Shown: one piece after another, positions 7,891 to 18,164 of the stretch
How positions within the stretch are numbered: the first letter of the stretch is position 1
Layout of the letters: each line of letters starts with the position of its first letter
Source: a phage
Sequence record: PZ452584.1
Reading direction: 5' to 3' (one strand)
DNA: 64,000 bases
Notes under the pieces: model-generated
Database searches by the model: none
Seen by the model: the letters and a program-made list of their open reading frames with translations, nothing else
What the model was told of the DNA's origin: nothing
Program-made: the position numbers and the translations under genes

Positions 7891-10068
7891 TTAGGCCGCA
7901 AGGGCCTTCATAGTTTTAGCGATTTGGGAAACTTCATCATCACTTAAAGAGTTGCGATAACCGATGAAGTCGGAAACAATACGGAATTTCTTGGTAAACT
8001 CAGCAACCATTTTATCACTATTTTTTGAAGCATTATTTGATAATACATCAAAAAGATTAGTTACTGTCCAGATGTCATGACCGATGGTATCTTTTCCACC
8101 GTTGAAATATACACCCTGTAATGAACTAACCATATTAGCGAGTCGTGTATATTCTTCAGAAACTTCATCTACACTGAAGTACTTCATCATAAAATCTAAC
8201 TCAGGATACTTGATAATTTTATCAATATATCGTTTAGCTGAACTTGAATAACCTACATACTTATCATAATCTACATCATCAAAAGCATCTACATATAAAT
8301 CACGCAGAGTTTCAAAAATACATTGGCACTGACCAAGTTCTTTTACCTTTTTCTGTAAAAGCGGACGAATAACATAAAATTCATTAATGCCAATAAGATT
8401 AGCCATACGAATCAAAATATTCATAGATGGATGACAAAGAGATGTAGTACCATCCATAGAGAAAATATCAGAACGATGCATGTATGCTACATAACCAGTA
8501 ATTTCATCTGCTTCTGATGTGAGCGTAAATAGTTCCTCTTTTTCCCATCGCCCATCTTTAATTTCAAACTTAAATGCTGTAGCAGCTTTAGGACGAGGAG
8601 CTTTACTTTTAACTACCTTTGGAATATAGCTTTTAACTAAAGCTTCGATTTCTGACAAATAATGAATGTTAACTTCATCACTTTCAAACATCGCCATAAT
8701 ATCAGGAAGCAAATCAATCTGCGATTCTACTTCCGGATTAATAAACAGAAGACGCTCATTGTGATGAATATTTAAAGTGTTATTAAATTCACTATCATCT
8801 AACGCATGTGCTAATCCACGGACAATATTAACACGATTTTTAATATTATCAATAACAATATTAATTTTTGTCGTATTAATACCAAACAGACGATAACTTG
8901 ATGCAACGGCTGAAGTTTCATGACTTTGTTTAATGCGTTTCAGTCGAGGGTCAAGATTTACTTCATACACAACTCCTGCATTGCATAACTTACTATCAGG
9001 TTCAAACATACTCTGCATCTTCTTATATGACAGATTTTTAGTCGTGAATTTGACTGAATTACTAATCATATAATCTCGAGCAGAATACCCCATCTTCATC
9101 AATTCACGATATGTATGACGGGGAGATGTAGATTCTTTAAATCGTTTTACATCTTCATTAAATGCTTTCTCACTGAGTTCTTTAACTCGTTCAATAATAT
9201 TTTTACGAGTACGATCATCCAATGAAAGAGCCTCACGAGATGGAGCAATATCAAGTGAACCCATTGGAAACTTAATGTAATTCACTTCATTACGGATGCT
9301 TAGCCAGTTACGGTCTCTAATAACACCGTCGATAGGATAAACAATACCGCCATAGATAGCATATAATCCACCACGATCAGGCCAGTATCTTTCTGGATTT
9401 ACGCCGTAATAATCATCAAAATCCGGAAAATAATCAATTTCGCGGTCAAGACCATTAATGATAGCCAAATCTTTGAACGGTCGCATGATATAAGAAACTT
9501 CATAAGCAAAGTTTCTAAAGTCTTTTTCTTCAACTGGAACTACGATTTCAATACCAGTTTTATCATCTGGACCCATTTCTTTTACGAATGTAGGTTTAAT
9601 CTGCGGACCGTCACCATCCATGTAAGCTACATAACCACGAATTTCGCCTTTATGATATGAAGTAATACTAAATGTATCAGTATAACTAAACGGAGATTTA
9701 GAACCTAAACCAAATCCGCCAATGAAATCGTTAGATTCAGCCTTAGATGAACTGAAGTATGAATTATACAGACCAGGAGAATTATCATCACCCTGAATAT
9801 CAAAATCACTCATACCCGGACCAAAATCTCGGCAAACAAATCGTGGATCTAAACGTCCAGGAACTTGAATGATAAATTTTTCAGGATTTCCATTGAGAGC
9901 ATGGGCATCAATCATGTTGGTAATCAATTCACGGACTACTGCGCGAATTTTGTTTGTATACAAATCAGATGACAGAATTTTAAATACTTTAGGAGATGCT
10001 GTGATGCTAAATGCTTTTGATTTAGAACCATTACCAAGAATTGTTTCTTTTTCAGTGGTGATAATCAT
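7891..10068 (-). CDS. rIIA: rIIA
   Basis: 725 aa, same length as T4 rIIA; sequence recognised. Confidence 0.95.
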   Translation of the reverse strand: MIITTEKETILGNGSKSKAFSITASPKVFKILSSDLYTNKIRAVVRELITNMIDAHALNGNPEKFIIQVPGRLDPRFVCRDFGPGMSDFDIQGDDNSPGLYNSYFSSSKAESNDFIGGFGLGSKSPFSYTDTFSITSYHKGEIRGYVAYMDGDGPQIKPTFVKEMGPDDKTGIEIVVPVEEKDFRNFAYEVSYIMRPFKDLAIINGLDREIDYFPDFDDYYGVNPERYWPDRGGLYAIYGGIVYPIDGVIRDRNWLSIRNEVNYIKFPMGSLDIAPSREALSLDDRTRKNIIERVKELSEKAFNEDVKRFKESTSPRHTYRELMKMGYSARDYMISNSVKFTTKNLSYKKMQSMFEPDSKLCNAGVVYEVNLDPRLKRIKQSHETSAVASSYRLFGINTTKINIVIDNIKNRVNIVRGLAHALDDSEFNNTLNIHHNERLLFINPEVESQIDLLPDIMAMFESDEVNIHYLSEIEALVKSYIPKVVKSKAPRPKAATAFKFEIKDGRWEKEELFTLTSEADEITGYVAYMHRSDIFSMDGTTSLCHPSMNILIRMANLIGINEFYVIRPLLQKKVKELGQCQCIFETLRDLYVDAFDDVDYDKYVGYSSSAKRYIDKIIKYPELDFMMKYFSVDEVSEEYTRLANMVSSLQGVYFNGGKDTIGHDIWTVTNLFDVLSNNASKNSDKMVAEFTKKFRIVSDFIGYRNSLSDDEVSQIAKTMKALAA

Positions 10069-10078
10069 AATTTCCTCA

Positions 10079-10282
10079 TTAATTCATATTACGCTTAATA
10101 ACTTCAGCAACTTCTAGTAGTTCGTCTTTAGTTGCGGTGTCGGATTGAATTTTATCTCTAATATCTTTAAAGCGGTTTTTAAATTCTTCGGCTTCTCCCA
10201 TATCGAAAAAGCGTTGAATGATTCTATATTCTCGATGAACTGCTTTATCAAAAAGTTCTAAATTTACTTTATATGATTTCAT
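10079..10282 (-). CDS. hypothetical protein 67 aa (rIIA.1 position)
   Basis: ORF track; lies between early promoter and rIIA. Confidence 0.65.
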   Translation of the reverse strand: MKSYKVNLELFDKAVHREYRIIQRFFDMGEAEEFKNRFKDIRDKIQSDTATKDELLEVAEVIKRNMN

Positions 10283-10307
10283 TTCAATATCCTCATTTGC
10301 CCAATTA

Positions 10308-10337
10308 ATTATACCACATCCTTGTGGTAAAGTAAAC
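10308..10337 (-). promoter_or_regulatory. early promoter (GTTTAC -35, TATAAT -10) for rIIA.1/rIIA
   Basis: Minus strand GTTTAC-N17/18-TATAAT overlapping the 3' end of gene 39; approximate. Confidence 0.6.
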
Positions 10338-12157
10338 TACTGGCTCATCCATTCTTTACGAAGGTCAGCATTATCTCCCATGAGCATTTCAAAAAGCTCT
10401 TTCCAGTTCTCAGGAAGTTTAACAACATCATATACTGGGTTTTGAATCATCTCACGATATTCAGATTTTTCCAAAGAGCCAAGTCCTTTAATATAACGGA
10501 TGCTATGTTTAGGTAGAGCATCTTTGGCACTCTCATATTCAGCGACTGTATAAAACCATTCTTGTTTTTTACCGACCTGAGCGATGATTACAGGAGTTTT
10601 GACAAAGCGAATTCGTCCTTGCTCAAACAATTCTGGCCAATTACTAAAAAATCCGAGCAGAGAAGGATAAATGCTTCCTAAACCATCATGGTCAGCATCA
10701 GTCATAATAGCAATATTATGATAATTCAAGTTTTCAGCTTTTTCACCAAGAACTAATCCAGTGATTGCGCAAATATCAAACAATTCTTTGTTTTTAAGCA
10801 TATCGGCATATGACATACCCCAGCTATTAAGAACTTTACCGCGCAATGGATAACCACCATGAAGTTCTTTATCACGAACATCAATAAGATATCCGATAGC
10901 AGAATCACCCTCAGTCAAGAAAAGAGTAGTATCAGCATCTTTACCACAAAGATTCGCTTTAATATGTTTATGAACCTTAGCTTTAGAAGCCTTTTTAGCT
11001 GCTTTAGTTTCTGCTGCTTTTTCTGCCGCCAATTTACGAGCCAAGGCAGCTTCAATAATTGGCATTAAAATTGCTTCATTATTTAGAATAGCACGTGAAA
11101 TCTTTTTAGCATCAAGCTGAATATGACTACGAATTTCACCAAATGGAGAAGTAAGTCGTTCTTTAGTTTGAGAATCAAATCGCATGTTTTTCATATCACG
11201 AACAAACATAACGATAGTCAAACATTCTTTAACGCGTGCTTTAGTTACATCAATTTTGAACTTACGTTTGATTTGTGGAATAAGGTCTTCACAAATATCA
11301 TCCATAACACAATCAATGTGATGGCCACCATTCTTAGTATGAATGTTATTCACATAAGTTAATTGACGAAATCCATCAGGTGAACGACCAACCGCAATAG
11401 AACAATTTTCTTGTTCTTGAACGATAGCATGTTCATCATACTGCCGTGCATATTTCTTAAAATTACCCTGAACCTTTTTACCATTAAAGGTAAATTGAAT
11501 ATCAGGATAAACAACAGCAAGTGTCTGGAGACGATCTAGTGTAATGTCAAGATAAACTTGGGACAGCTCATTAGTTTCAAATGACATAAAATCAGGAATG
11601 AAAGTAACACGGGTTCCTTTCCATTTTCCAGGAATAGTTTCCCAGGATTTATTTTCCATGCCATTTGAACAACGAACTACAATATTATTTTGACCATCGC
11701 CAGTTTCACCGACAAACATCACAGAAAAAATGTTAGTTAAACTAGAACCAACACCATTCATACCACCGGTGACACGTTCTTTATCATCACCAAAGTTACC
11801 ACCCGCTTTTGGAATAGTCCAAGCAGCAACTGGACCAGGAATTTCTTCACCGGTAGGTGTTTTAACCATCGCTTGTGGAATACCACGACCGTTATCTTCA
11901 ACTGTTACTTGATTGTTTTTGATAGTAACATTAATTTTATTTGCGAATTTAAACTTAGTACGAATACCTTCATCTACTGAGTTATCGATAATTTCATCAA
12001 TAAGCTTAACAAGACCAGGTACATACTGAACACTTTCCCATTTACCAAACAGAAAGCGCTCATGCATTTCATTAGCTGAAGAGCCAATGTACATGCCACT
12101 ACGCTTTTTGATATGTTCAATATCGCTCAGAATTTTAATTTCATTCTTAATCATCAC
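10337..12157 (-). CDS. 39: DNA topoisomerase II large subunit, unsplit (GyrB-like ATPase plus Toprim)
   Basis: 606 aa single ORF covering what T4 encodes as gp39 plus gp60; T2/T6-type arrangement. Confidence 0.95.
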   Translation of the reverse strand: MMIKNEIKILSDIEHIKKRSGMYIGSSANEMHERFLFGKWESVQYVPGLVKLIDEIIDNSVDEGIRTKFKFANKINVTIKNNQVTVEDNGRGIPQAMVKTPTGEEIPGPVAAWTIPKAGGNFGDDKERVTGGMNGVGSSLTNIFSVMFVGETGDGQNNIVVRCSNGMENKSWETIPGKWKGTRVTFIPDFMSFETNELSQVYLDITLDRLQTLAVVYPDIQFTFNGKKVQGNFKKYARQYDEHAIVQEQENCSIAVGRSPDGFRQLTYVNNIHTKNGGHHIDCVMDDICEDLIPQIKRKFKIDVTKARVKECLTIVMFVRDMKNMRFDSQTKERLTSPFGEIRSHIQLDAKKISRAILNNEAILMPIIEAALARKLAAEKAAETKAAKKASKAKVHKHIKANLCGKDADTTLFLTEGDSAIGYLIDVRDKELHGGYPLRGKVLNSWGMSYADMLKNKELFDICAITGLVLGEKAENLNYHNIAIMTDADHDGLGSIYPSLLGFFSNWPELFEQGRIRFVKTPVIIAQVGKKQEWFYTVAEYESAKDALPKHSIRYIKGLGSLEKSEYREMIQNPVYDVVKLPENWKELFEMLMGDNADLRKEWMSQ

Positions 12158-12182
12158 TTATCCTCGTTTGGTTTCGGGAATA

Positions 12183-12207
12183 TTATACTCCGGTAATCAT
12201 AAAGCTA
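12183..12207 (-). promoter_or_regulatory. middle (MotA-dependent) promoter candidate for gene 39
   Basis: Minus strand AGCTTTA (near-MotA box) 12 nt upstream of TATAAT; approximate. Confidence 0.45.
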
Positions 12208-12224
12208 AAGGCCCGAAGGCCTTT
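12207..12224 (-). terminator. C(UUCG)G hairpin upstream of gene 39 promoter
   Basis: AAAGGCC-UUCG-GGCCUUU on minus-strand RNA; approximate. Confidence 0.5.
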
Positions 12225-12484
12225 TATTTAAAACGAATAGTTGAATCCTTAAAGAACAGCCCAGAACATACTGTTCCTTCTACTTTCTGCCCAGTAGGTC
12301 CAATAGCACGAAATCCAGTATGCTGGAAATCATTTTCAGAGCAACCGAACCAATTATATCCAGTGATTTCAATATTAGTAAAACCGCTTGAAGACAAAAC
12401 TTTAGTTGCATTATCAGCATCAGTACATCCTACTAAAGACACTACTAATACTAATGCTGCAATAGAACGATTAATATATTTCAT
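12224..12484 (-). CDS. putative lipoprotein 86 aa
   Basis: ORF track; N-terminal signal peptide with lipobox LVGC. Confidence 0.6.
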   Translation of the reverse strand: MKYINRSIAALVLVVSLVGCTDADNATKVLSSSGFTNIEITGYNWFGCSENDFQHTGFRAIGPTGQKVEGTVCSGLFFKDSTIRFK

Positions 12485-12486
12485 AA

Positions 12487-12663
12487 TTACCCTTTAAGCA
12501 AGTCGTAAAATCCGCCATTCACATGCTTAGGAGCGGAAACTAACCGAATAGCAATCCGATGACAATCAGGACATACATCAGTATCCCTTTCAGAAATTTT
12601 CTTGATTTTTTCGTATTCTTTTGCACAGTCTTTGGATTGACATTTATAATCATAAAGAGGCAT
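12487..12663 (-). CDS. FmdB-like zinc-ribbon protein about 58 aa
   Basis: MPLYDYKCQSKDC...CPDC pattern (two CxxC pairs); ATG start, TAATTATG junction with downstream gene; read from text, approximate. Confidence 0.45.
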   Translation of the reverse strand: MPLYDYKCQSKDCAKEYEKIKKISERDTDVCPDCHRIAIRLVSAPKHVNGGFYDLLKG

Positions 12664-12665
12664 AA

Positions 12666-13085
12666 TTATTCCTTAAAGTGAGCTTTCAACATCTGATACA
12701 AGGACCATGCCTGTTCATTATTTTCAATAGTAACTTTCATGACCGGGAATTCTGTGAAATCTTCTATTTGTTCTTGCTCTTCCTGTTCTTGCTCTTCAGC
12801 TGCCTGATATGGATTTTCCACTTCATCAAAGAACCCAGCTTCGTTAGTAGAAAGCCAGATAAAGTTTTCGTCAAGGATATCAGCGCCGGCACAACGTTTG
12901 AGTACACCTGTGGATGTCATAATTTTAGTAGGACGCCCAAGATAATCAGCATCTAAAATTTTAAAAGGTTTCATACCTAAACGCCGTGCGTAGATTCCGT
13001 TATCAGTATGGTCTTTAATAAAATTTTCTTGAGCTTGTTTATTTTTAAATTGATACCATTTATTAACTTCAAATTTAATAGCCAT
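12666..13085 (-). CDS. hypothetical protein 139 aa with acidic EQEQEEQEQ tract (T4 goF position)
   Basis: ORF track; position between cef and gene 39 as for T4 goF (141 aa); identity not verified. Confidence 0.65.
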   Translation of the reverse strand: MAIKFEVNKWYQFKNKQAQENFIKDHTDNGIYARRLGMKPFKILDADYLGRPTKIMTSTGVLKRCAGADILDENFIWLSTNEAGFFDEVENPYQAAEEQEQEEQEQIEDFTEFPVMKVTIENNEQAWSLYQMLKAHFKE

Positions 13086-13300
13086 TAATAAATTTCCTTC
13101 CAGTAAGTTGTGCCATCTTCAGTAATTTCACGAAATACACCGTAAATTGGTTGTTTATCACCAACCTTTTCATACACATAAACCGAAGTCAAGTGAGTAA
13201 ACTTAACGGTATGTTCCTTTTGAACTACTACCAAATCTGGATCGAATAATACATCTTCAAATTCGTCATTAGTACAATTCTGAACAATTTTACGTTTCAT
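13085..13300 (-). CDS. cef: Cef-like protein (tRNA processing modifier)
   Basis: 71 aa, same length and position as T4 cef. Confidence 0.65.
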   Translation of the reverse strand: MKRKIVQNCTNDEFEDVLFDPDLVVVQKEHTVKFTHLTSVYVYEKVGDKQPIYGVFREITEDGTTYWKEIY

Positions 13301-13313
13301 TACAATTTCCTCA

Positions 13314-13583
13314 TTAATTGAACAGTGGAGCGATGCGTTTCAGAAGAGCAGCAGCACCTTTGGCAAATTTTACATCATGAAAAACAGTTTCTTCTTCCGT
13401 TACAACACGAGCTTTAATGTTTTCACAATCCCAATTTTTGCGAACAATCTTCAAAAGCTGCAGTAAATCTTTACATTCAGCAATATCGATAACACATCCA
13501 CGAGAATCTTCCATTATCGCACGATAACCGTAAGCCATACCATAATCGTTGAAAGATTGCTCGATGATAATTAAGTTTTCCAT
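13314..13583 (-). CDS. hypothetical protein 89 aa
   Basis: ORF track trimmed to internal ATG (M5) after a degenerate PeSL leader. Confidence 0.55.
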   Translation of the reverse strand: MENLIIIEQSFNDYGMAYGYRAIMEDSRGCVIDIAECKDLLQLLKIVRKNWDCENIKARVVTEEETVFHDVKFAKGAAALLKRIAPLFN

Positions 13584-13585
13584 TT

Positions 13586-13680
13586 TATTCTCCAAGTTGT
13601 TTTCTGTATCAGTAGTTGATATTGATATAGTACCATAATCAACTACTGATGTATATAGTTTTATGAAAAATTTTAAACTT
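13586..13680 (-). repeat. PeSL-like cassette copy 4 (degenerate -35)
   Basis: Conserved leader GGTACTATATCAATATCAACTACTGATACAG and GGAGAATAAAATG present, -35 region diverged; approximate. Confidence 0.5.
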
Positions 13681-14168
13681 TATGCATAGAGAGCATTGCT
13701 ATAGTGTTTAATCCAACTTTCAGGAATGACTTTGTATGTTCCTAAAAATACCACGTTGTACAACTTAACGCCATCTTCTACCCATTGATCGGTAATGTAT
13801 CCACACATAGCGCGAGTATAAACAGCCTTTCCATCATCTTTGATAAATTTAAATTCGCAAGGAGCAATGAACTTAATAGCTTGACCGAGTTTCCACTTAA
13901 AGTCTACACCTACATGCGAAGTATCAATCGTTTCAATTCCTTTAGCGGGAACAGCTTTCAAAAACGCAGATTCAAGAAATTTCGCGCGAACATAACCAAA
14001 CTGAGGTTTAGACTTTCCATCTTTAGGAATGATACGAACTTTTACTTCAGAATCTTCATCTTTAACACCATGTTTAAGCTGAATGCTTACAATTTCAACC
14101 AATTTTCCTGCTGCTTTAGAGCGGGATTTATCAGATACACGAGCTAATTCACCAATATTAATAATCAT
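13680..14168 (-). CDS. motB: MotB-like protein
   Basis: 162 aa, same length and position as T4 MotB; early promoter upstream. Confidence 0.75.
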   Translation of the reverse strand: MIINIGELARVSDKSRSKAAGKLVEIVSIQLKHGVKDEDSEVKVRIIPKDGKSKPQFGYVRAKFLESAFLKAVPAKGIETIDTSHVGVDFKWKLGQAIKFIAPCEFKFIKDDGKAVYTRAMCGYITDQWVEDGVKLYNVVFLGTYKVIPESWIKHYSNALYA

Positions 14169-14212
14169 AGTTATCTCTCACTTGTTAAAAAGATTTTATA
14201 CTCCATAGGACC

Positions 14213-14242
14213 ATTATACTCTGGTCCCAAGAGTTTGTAAAC
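14213..14242 (-). promoter_or_regulatory. early promoter for motB
   Basis: Minus strand GTTTAC-N17-GTATAAT; approximate. Confidence 0.6.
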
Positions 14243-14244
14243 TA

Positions 14245-14784
14245 TTAATTTAAAATAGCTACCACCGCACTACGAGGTACTACGCTAAAATCACCTGCAT
14301 GAACAACGTTCAGAAGTTCAACACCATCTTCAATCCATTGGTCTGTTACCCAACCACAGACCGAAATAAATGGAGTCTTGATAGCTACCGCATGAGTTAG
14401 AAGGTCAGTAGGATCGCATTCTTGAAAGAGGATGAACTCTGCTTCAAAAACTATAGTTTTAATTACTTCATCATTATCTAAACGGCGTACTCGAATCACG
14501 TAAGCTTTATTCTTATCATACCAGTTACTTTTTGAAAAGCTTTTAACCACAAACTCGCCTTCACCAAAAACATTAGTCAATGCTTTATAACCCAAATTTA
14601 GTTCAGTAGTTTTAATTTCAGTTTCAACCAGTTTGTAGGTTTTGCCGATTTCAATAGCGGTAGTCATAGTAGGTTCCTTAATTTCCAGTGGTTTAACAGG
14701 GCATACATAAGTGCTTACAACATCAAAATCAATCAGTTTAGCTACCGGATTTGGTATGTATTCAGGATTATAATTAAATTTCAT
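14245..14784 (-). CDS. MotB paralog 179 aa
   Basis: C-terminal third aligns with the adjacent MotB-like protein (..TDQW[IV]EDGV.L.NVV..G...V[IV]P..). Confidence 0.7.
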   Translation of the reverse strand: MKFNYNPEYIPNPVAKLIDFDVVSTYVCPVKPLEIKEPTMTTAIEIGKTYKLVETEIKTTELNLGYKALTNVFGEGEFVVKSFSKSNWYDKNKAYVIRVRRLDNDEVIKTIVFEAEFILFQECDPTDLLTHAVAIKTPFISVCGWVTDQWIEDGVELLNVVHAGDFSVVPRSAVVAILN

Positions 14785-14786
14785 AA

Positions 14787-15287
14787 TTATCTCATTTCAA
14801 TAAAATCTACGAGTTCAGCATGCGATTTGCGGAACATTACTTGATGCCCACCAATGATAACTTCATCTTCAGGAACTTCGTATACAGCGAGATAAAATCC
14901 TTTAGAAGATAATTCTTCCCGCTCTTCTTGTGTGAACCATCTCATCATATCATATTCGCTAGCGAAAGCAAAATGATAAAGAGCTATAAACCATCCTGGA
15001 ATATGATATTCTACTCCAACATAATCTTTCTTGAACTTAGTATTAATTACTATATTAGCGTTTTTAACTAATAGTTTATCTTCGTGTGGTAAAGGAATTC
15101 TTTTATTATTATCGCTATGATGCATAAAATTAGGTCTGTCATAACCTACGTGTAATAACCACTCTTCGCTCCATGAATCTATTATACTCCTGTACGGCGT
15201 TATTTGAACACAAAGATTTCGACGTATTGTTATAGCATCTTCATAATCAAGAATACTAAACGATGATTCAACACGATAAATTTTCAT
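14787..15287 (-). CDS. hypothetical protein 166 aa
   Basis: ORF track; early promoter immediately upstream. Confidence 0.65.
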   Translation of the reverse strand: MKIYRVESSFSILDYEDAITIRRNLCVQITPYRSIIDSWSEEWLLHVGYDRPNFMHHSDNNKRIPLPHEDKLLVKNANIVINTKFKKDYVGVEYHIPGWFIALYHFAFASEYDMMRWFTQEEREELSSKGFYLAVYEVPEDEVIIGGHQVMFRKSHAELVDFIEMR

Positions 15288-15314
15288 TTTATTATCCTCA
15301 GTAGCTATGGTGTT

Positions 15315-15344
15315 ATAATACCATAACTAACCGAGGAAGTAAAC
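15315..15344 (-). promoter_or_regulatory. early promoter for gene at 14787-15287
   Basis: Minus strand GTTTAC-N18-TATTAT; -10 sits inside a short inverted repeat; approximate. Confidence 0.5.
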
Positions 15345-15350
15345 AACTTT

Positions 15351-16034
15351 TTATCGTTTAGTTGGAAGAGATAGAGGATCGCATTCTTCCTCTGATGGAG
15401 CGTCTTCAAGACCCATAGCATATCGCAAAGCATACTTCATCATCAGGATGTCTTTCGCACAGTCATGAATAGAATCATGTGCAACGAATCCATCTAAAGT
15501 TCCCTTTGGAAGAGGACACGTGGTCATATCACGAACAAGCAGAAGTGCTTCAATTCTGGTACGAATATCACGCTGATTCCAGAATTTACACGGTTCTAAC
15601 TTAAATGTGTCAAGCTCATTCTCAGAAACACCATTAAAACGTTGAATATCACGAATAAGATCGACTAAAATTGGAAAATCAAACGACATTCCACGGCACC
15701 AGCCTTGAGATTTCCAAGGATCGATATTATGTGCATTGATGTAATCATTAAATTTTGCAATACCATCGATAGTGCTTACATCTTCATCTGATGGTGCAAT
15801 ATTTTTTCTAGCTTCAGGTGATTGATTTTTCCACCATTCGATAGTGCTTTTAGTAAAAAGACGATGTCCTTTTTGGCTTTTTAAATCAAATTTGATTTTA
15901 ATGCCACGTGAAACTAATTCATCAAACGTTTCAACGACTTCTGGATTAGGGTCAAAAGCAATTACAGCCAAATCAATAACAGCTGCTTTTTCACCACTTC
16001 CCATTGTTTCAAAATCTATAATAAAATCAAACAT
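15351..16034 (-). CDS. dexA: DexA, exonuclease A (DnaQ-like 3'-5' exonuclease)
   Basis: 227 aa, same length and position as T4 DexA. Confidence 0.85.
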   Translation of the reverse strand: MFDFIIDFETMGSGEKAAVIDLAVIAFDPNPEVVETFDELVSRGIKIKFDLKSQKGHRLFTKSTIEWWKNQSPEARKNIAPSDEDVSTIDGIAKFNDYINAHNIDPWKSQGWCRGMSFDFPILVDLIRDIQRFNGVSENELDTFKLEPCKFWNQRDIRTRIEALLLVRDMTTCPLPKGTLDGFVAHDSIHDCAKDILMMKYALRYAMGLEDAPSEEECDPLSLPTKR

Positions 16035-16276
16035 TAAACTTTCCTCGCTAAATCGCGAATTTGGCCTACAGTATAGTCTTGAATATAAACTTTATTAATA
16101 GGTTCATCAATAAATTTTGCCATAGATTCAATATCTTTTTGCATCTCTTCAAGACTGTATATTATCTTTAAAGCTTTTTCGCGAATAGTAATATTTTCAG
16201 GACCAGAATTTTTCTCAATGACAGCTTTAACATTTGTCATAAGAGATTTAAACTGACACCAACTTAATTCAATCAT
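16034..16276 (-). CDS. hypothetical protein about 80 aa (dexA.1 position)
   Basis: ORF track; listed first codon is GTG, trimmed to internal ATG (M12). Confidence 0.5.
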   Translation of the reverse strand: MIELSWCQFKSLMTNVKAVIEKNSGPENITIREKALKIIYSLEEMQKDIESMAKFIDEPINKVYIQDYTVGQIRDLARKV

Positions 16277-16514
16277 TAATAACCGCCTTATAAAGATGGC
16301 TAATTTCACCTAAAATGTAATCACTGATTGTAACAGTTTTTACTTCACCACAAAAGAATTCTAACGCAATCAAATCTCGTTCAATTTCTTCCAATTGAAG
16401 CATTAACTTGCCTGATTCAGTTTTCACATTTTTGCGATTTTTGCTATAAGCTATTTCATAAATTTCGCTTACTTTATCTTGAAGAAGATAAAACTGATCT
16501 TTAGTTATTTCCAC
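16269..16514 (-). CDS. hypothetical protein about 81 aa (dexA.2 position)
   Basis: ORF track; listed TTG start has no RBS, a GTG five codons in has GAGGAAG six nt upstream; start uncertain. Confidence 0.45.
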   Translation of the reverse strand: MEITKDQFYLLQDKVSEIYEIAYSKNRKNVKTESGKLMLQLEEIERDLIALEFFCGEVKTVTISDYILGEISHLYKAVIND

Positions 16515-16535
16515 GAATAGCTTCCTCAAATTTAA

Positions 16536-17855
16536 TCATACATAAAATACATCATAACGACCACGTGTTACACCAACATAAAGAAGCTGCTGAGCTAGTT
16601 CAACATCTGCATAATGAATACAAGGCGTATAAATGAAAGCACGGTCTACAGACATGCCCTGCGCTTTATGGAATGTTGATGCAGGAAGTGCTTTCACTTT
16701 ACTAAACTGTGATTTAGCATCCCAAAAATCACTCCATGGAGCTTTTCCGCCTTTGTTCCAATTTTTATAAGTTTCTGCCGTTTTACCTAAAAATAAGTTA
16801 AACTTATACAGTTCTTCATCAGATGAAATTATTTTAATCTTTTCACGATAATATTCATCATCACCGTAAGTTTCTACTGTTAAATCCCAATGACGAATTA
16901 GATATTCCCCAGAAACACCACGAGCTTTAACAAAGGTTGATGTATACTTTGCTTCTATAATACGAACTAATTGTCCGTTATTAAAAATAATTTCTGACAC
17001 AGGCTTTCCATCAATTTTATATGTTTTAATTAATGGTTCCTGCATTACAATAATTTCACCGACAATAAAATCTTTATCAGTTTCAAAAATCTTTTTACGA
17101 ATAATGCTATTTAACTTGTCAACAGATTTATTCGTAAATGCCATTACGCGATTTTCAAACAAATCATCTAGAGATTTGACGATTGAAAAATAATTTACCA
17201 TAAAATCGCGTAAAGCGGTATCACCAGTAAATCCACGTACTCCATGCCCGTCAACAACTTTATCATAAATCCACTTACCGTTACGAACGTCAGTAGCTAC
17301 ATCAATAATAGGAGCATTACTGCGTTTAACTTCAGTGAGTTCACACTGATAAAAATCTTTATGTGTAAAGAATGGACTGATATAAGCAGTGTTTTCTCCT
17401 GGGTCAACAGGTCTGATTTGCTTATTATCCCCTATTCCAATTATAGTACACCAAGGTGGAATAGTTGAAAGCAGAATTTTAAATAGCTTTCTATCATACA
17501 TTGACACTTCGTCGCAGATTAATACCCTGCATTTAGCTAAATCTGGTACTTCTTTTTGTTCAAAAAGAACATTTTCTTCATATGTTACCGGGTTAATTTT
17601 AAGAATACTATGAATAGTACTCGCTTCTTTCCCTGATAGTTTTGAAAGAATCTTTTTAGCCGCATGTGTAGGAGCTGCTAAAATAATACCAGTTTCACCC
17701 GTAGATATTAAAGCTTCAATGATGAACTTAGTAAGAGTAGTCTTACCAGTACCAGCAGGTCCATTAATAGTTACATGATGTTTCTTTTCTTTAATAGCCT
17801 TCATAACAATGTTAAAGGCATTTTTCTGGCCTTCGGTCAAATCATCAAATGTCAT
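16536..17855 (-). CDS. dda: Dda DNA helicase (SF1)
   Basis: 439 aa, same length as T4 Dda; Walker A GPAGTGKT. Confidence 0.95.
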   Translation of the reverse strand: MTFDDLTEGQKNAFNIVMKAIKEKKHHVTINGPAGTGKTTLTKFIIEALISTGETGIILAAPTHAAKKILSKLSGKEASTIHSILKINPVTYEENVLFEQKEVPDLAKCRVLICDEVSMYDRKLFKILLSTIPPWCTIIGIGDNKQIRPVDPGENTAYISPFFTHKDFYQCELTEVKRSNAPIIDVATDVRNGKWIYDKVVDGHGVRGFTGDTALRDFMVNYFSIVKSLDDLFENRVMAFTNKSVDKLNSIIRKKIFETDKDFIVGEIIVMQEPLIKTYKIDGKPVSEIIFNNGQLVRIIEAKYTSTFVKARGVSGEYLIRHWDLTVETYGDDEYYREKIKIISSDEELYKFNLFLGKTAETYKNWNKGGKAPWSDFWDAKSQFSKVKALPASTFHKAQGMSVDRAFIYTPCIHYADVELAQQLLYVGVTRGRYDVFYV

Positions 17856-18163
17856 CGGAAAGTCCCTGCAATTGGAATACTAACAATACGACCAGTATCT
17901 AAAATTCGCTGATATAATCTTTGTGTGTCTACGTCAGGCTTAACATGTTTAACTTCTATTTTATTAAACCAAAATTTACGTGGAGTCTCAACTAATCTTG
18001 GAATTCCCTTACCTAAAGCTAGTTGATACTGCTCTTTAAGAGTGGTAAATACTTTATCAGCAATCTTCCATTCAAAAAATACAGCAGGACGATGTTCATC
18101 AAGCGGAACTGGCGCAGTAAATCCGTCTTTGTCTCGGTAAACTATCGCATATACATAAACCAT
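17852..18163 (-). CDS. hypothetical protein 103 aa (dda.1 position)
   Basis: ORF track; start overlaps dda stop. Confidence 0.6.
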   Translation of the reverse strand: MVYVYAIVYRDKDGFTAPVPLDEHRPAVFFEWKIADKVFTTLKEQYQLALGKGIPRLVETPRKFWFNKIEVKHVKPDVDTQRLYQRILDTGRIVSIPIAGTFR

Positions 18164-18164
18164 A

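Noticed and set aside
12087-12497. Plus-strand ORFs of 60-138 aa scattered through the window (for example 1227-1553, 1997-2194, 3283-3519, 12087-12497, 36765-37181, 49110-49439, 60710-61051)
   Set aside because: Each lies inside or antisense to a well-supported minus-strand gene, has no convincing RBS, and reflects the long open antisense frames typical of AT-rich phage DNA. Only 23359-23559, which sits in an intergenic gap with a strong RBS, was kept as a candidate.
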